Shown: piece by piece, positions 27,211-28,531 of the stretch
Position numbering within the stretch: the first letter of the stretch is position 1
Layout: every line of letters starts with the position of its first letter
NCBI GenBank assembly: GCA_963977445.1
Contig: CAXBPH010000068.1
Location: forward strand, 1 to 28,531
Source of the DNA: an uncultured bacterium
GTDB lineage: Bacteria > Hydrogenedentota > Hydrogenedentia > Hydrogenedentales > JAEUWI01
Length of the DNA: 28,531 nucleotides
Reading direction: 5' to 3'
The notes under the pieces: generated by a model
What the model was told of the DNA's origin: nothing
Databases searched by the model: none
Seen by the model: the letters and a program-made list of their open reading frames with translations, nothing else
Position numbers and translations under genes: made by a program

Positions 27211-28530
27211 TTATTCCCGCAGGACATCCACGGCAAATATGCTCGCCTTCTTGAGGTGGATACGGAGCAAATAGGATCCATCCGGCAGGTCGGCCAGACC
27301 GCGTTCATTCCAAGCGACTTCGTGGTGAAGAGCGTCTCCGGTGATGACCTGCCCCTCGTCTTTCGTGTAGCCCGCAACGCGATAGCCGCGGGCATCCAGG
27401 AGCTCCACCCGAATCTCACCCTCCGAAGCGTCTGCGTTGAGCTGTATGCCCGAGCAGTCGCTCAGGTCCAGCGCCGTTAAGGTGACTTGTCCCGTGTCGT
27501 GGAGTGCGTCAACGAGGGTGGGCTGATTACTCAGGGGTACCGTGCGCAGTCCGGCGAAGCGGTCCCGGGGAATGGTGAAGAATCCAATGCCACTTCGCTG
27601 TTCGTTGTCGTTGGCATCCGTCGCACCCTGGGAATAGGCTCCATAATAAAATCGGATTTCCTCGTCGAGAACGATGGGTGAGGCATTGGTAAAGATGGAG
27701 CCCGATTCGAAGGCCTTGCCACCGGCCCGGCTCAGGAAAAACTGGTCGCGAAAGGGTCGGGTAAACTGGAGGCCATCCCAGCTGAGCATAAGCTCGATAT
27801 CAATGACGCCCCCGCCTTCACCGCGGTTGAGCACCTGGGCAAGGGAGAGGTAGTAGTCTCGATAGAGGAAAACCGATGCCGTGTGAAATTCCATGTAGGG
27901 TGGGTCGAGTTCGTCGGGGGTGACAACCAGTTCCGGCTGAGACCAGTGGATAAAATCTTTGCTCTCGGTACGGCCGACACCATGCTTCCAGAACATGCCC
28001 CCATCGGGACCGTCAATCCACATTTTCGCGTAGTCTGCGAAGACGCCCCGTTTGGCGTCGTAGAACACATCGTGTACATCCGAAATGGACAGGGGCACGG
28101 AAAGTTCCCGACCCGGCTCCCCCTGGAGTGGCACGGTATCGCCGAAATTGCCATACGCCGTGGATTGAATGGGCATGGGCACATCGGGCCGGGTCCAATG
28201 GATGCCATCGGGCGAGAAGGCCACGTGAAGCCCCGGCATGCTGGGGCCTTCTCCTGCGCTGAAATCGAAGTAGGCCATTTTATAACGGCGGGTTGGATCG
28301 GGGTCCCGGGGATCGACCACGACGGAGTTGCCATAGCGGATCGATCGGCCACCGTTGCCCACCATGACGATATTGGTGTCTTCTTCCGCGCCATAGGGGA
28401 AAAGGCCGAGATTGGGCTTGGTCCAATGGATGCCGTCCTTCGATTCCGCGTAGCAGGTGACACACTGGAGCTGGGGCGAATCGCTGCCGCCATAGGCCTG
28501 ATACCAGAGCTGATAGCGGTCCGCGTCTTT
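27211..28530 (-). CDS. Beta-propeller glycoside hydrolase-like protein (5' end outside window)
   Basis: Frame is open to the window edge (KDADRYQLWYQAY...CYAESKDGIHWTKP); repeated SxDGxxW motifs; C-terminal beta-sandwich-like region. Confidence 0.75.
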   Translation of the reverse strand, partial: KDADRYQLWYQAYGGSDSPQLQCVTCYAESKDGIHWTKPNLGLFPYGAEEDTNIVMVGNGGRSIRYGNSVVVDPRDPDPTRRYKMAYFDFSAGEGPSMPGLHVAFSPDGIHWTRPDVPMPIQSTAYGNFGDTVPLQGEPGRELSVPLSISDVHDVFYDAKRGVFADYAKMWIDGPDGGMFWKHGVGRTESKDFIHWSQPELVVTPDELDPPYMEFHTASVFLYRDYYLSLAQVLNRGEGGGVIDIELMLSWDGLQFTRPFRDQFFLSRAGGKAFESGSIFTNASPIVLDEEIRFYYGAYSQGATDANDNEQRSGIGFFTIPRDRFAGLRTVPLSNQPTLVDALHDTGQVTLTALDLSDCSGIQLNADASEGEIRVELLDARGYRVAGYTKDEGQVITGDALHHEVAWNERGLADLPDGSYLLRIHLKKASIFAVDVLRE

Positions 28531-28531
28531 G

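Overview
GC-rich bacterial chromosomal window, mostly metabolic. It carries an orphan dnaK, a Tat-exported Gfo/Idh/MocA oxidoreductase, a secreted nucleoside hydrolase-like protein, a DUF2225-like protein, a TylF methyltransferase, xylB, a sialate O-acetylesterase, a PilH/I/G-like ABC operon, GTP-dependent PEPCK, a GT4, an AP-superfamily enzyme, a sulfatase and a truncated beta-propeller protein. Three things stand out. (1) A REP-associated HUH/Y1 tyrosine transposase (RAYT, 3453-4088) is sandwiched between two ~325-bp direct repeats that fold into conserved nested stems. Shorter or diverged elements with related GGGAC(T/A)G...C(A/T)GTCCC ends occur at 1-326, 9604/10458/10544 and 15404-15778. 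(2) A sigma54-type promoter diverging from dnaK precedes a gene-free, multi-hairpin region with C/U-rich loops and a terminator, a candidate anti-Shine-Dalgarno sRNA. (3) An accessory block (9.6-13.7 kb) holds vapBC, an orphan membrane-anchored protein and a DUF262 + HEPN two-gene candidate defence module. The HEPN protein has a DUF2188-like tail. All calls come from manual reading; no searches were run.
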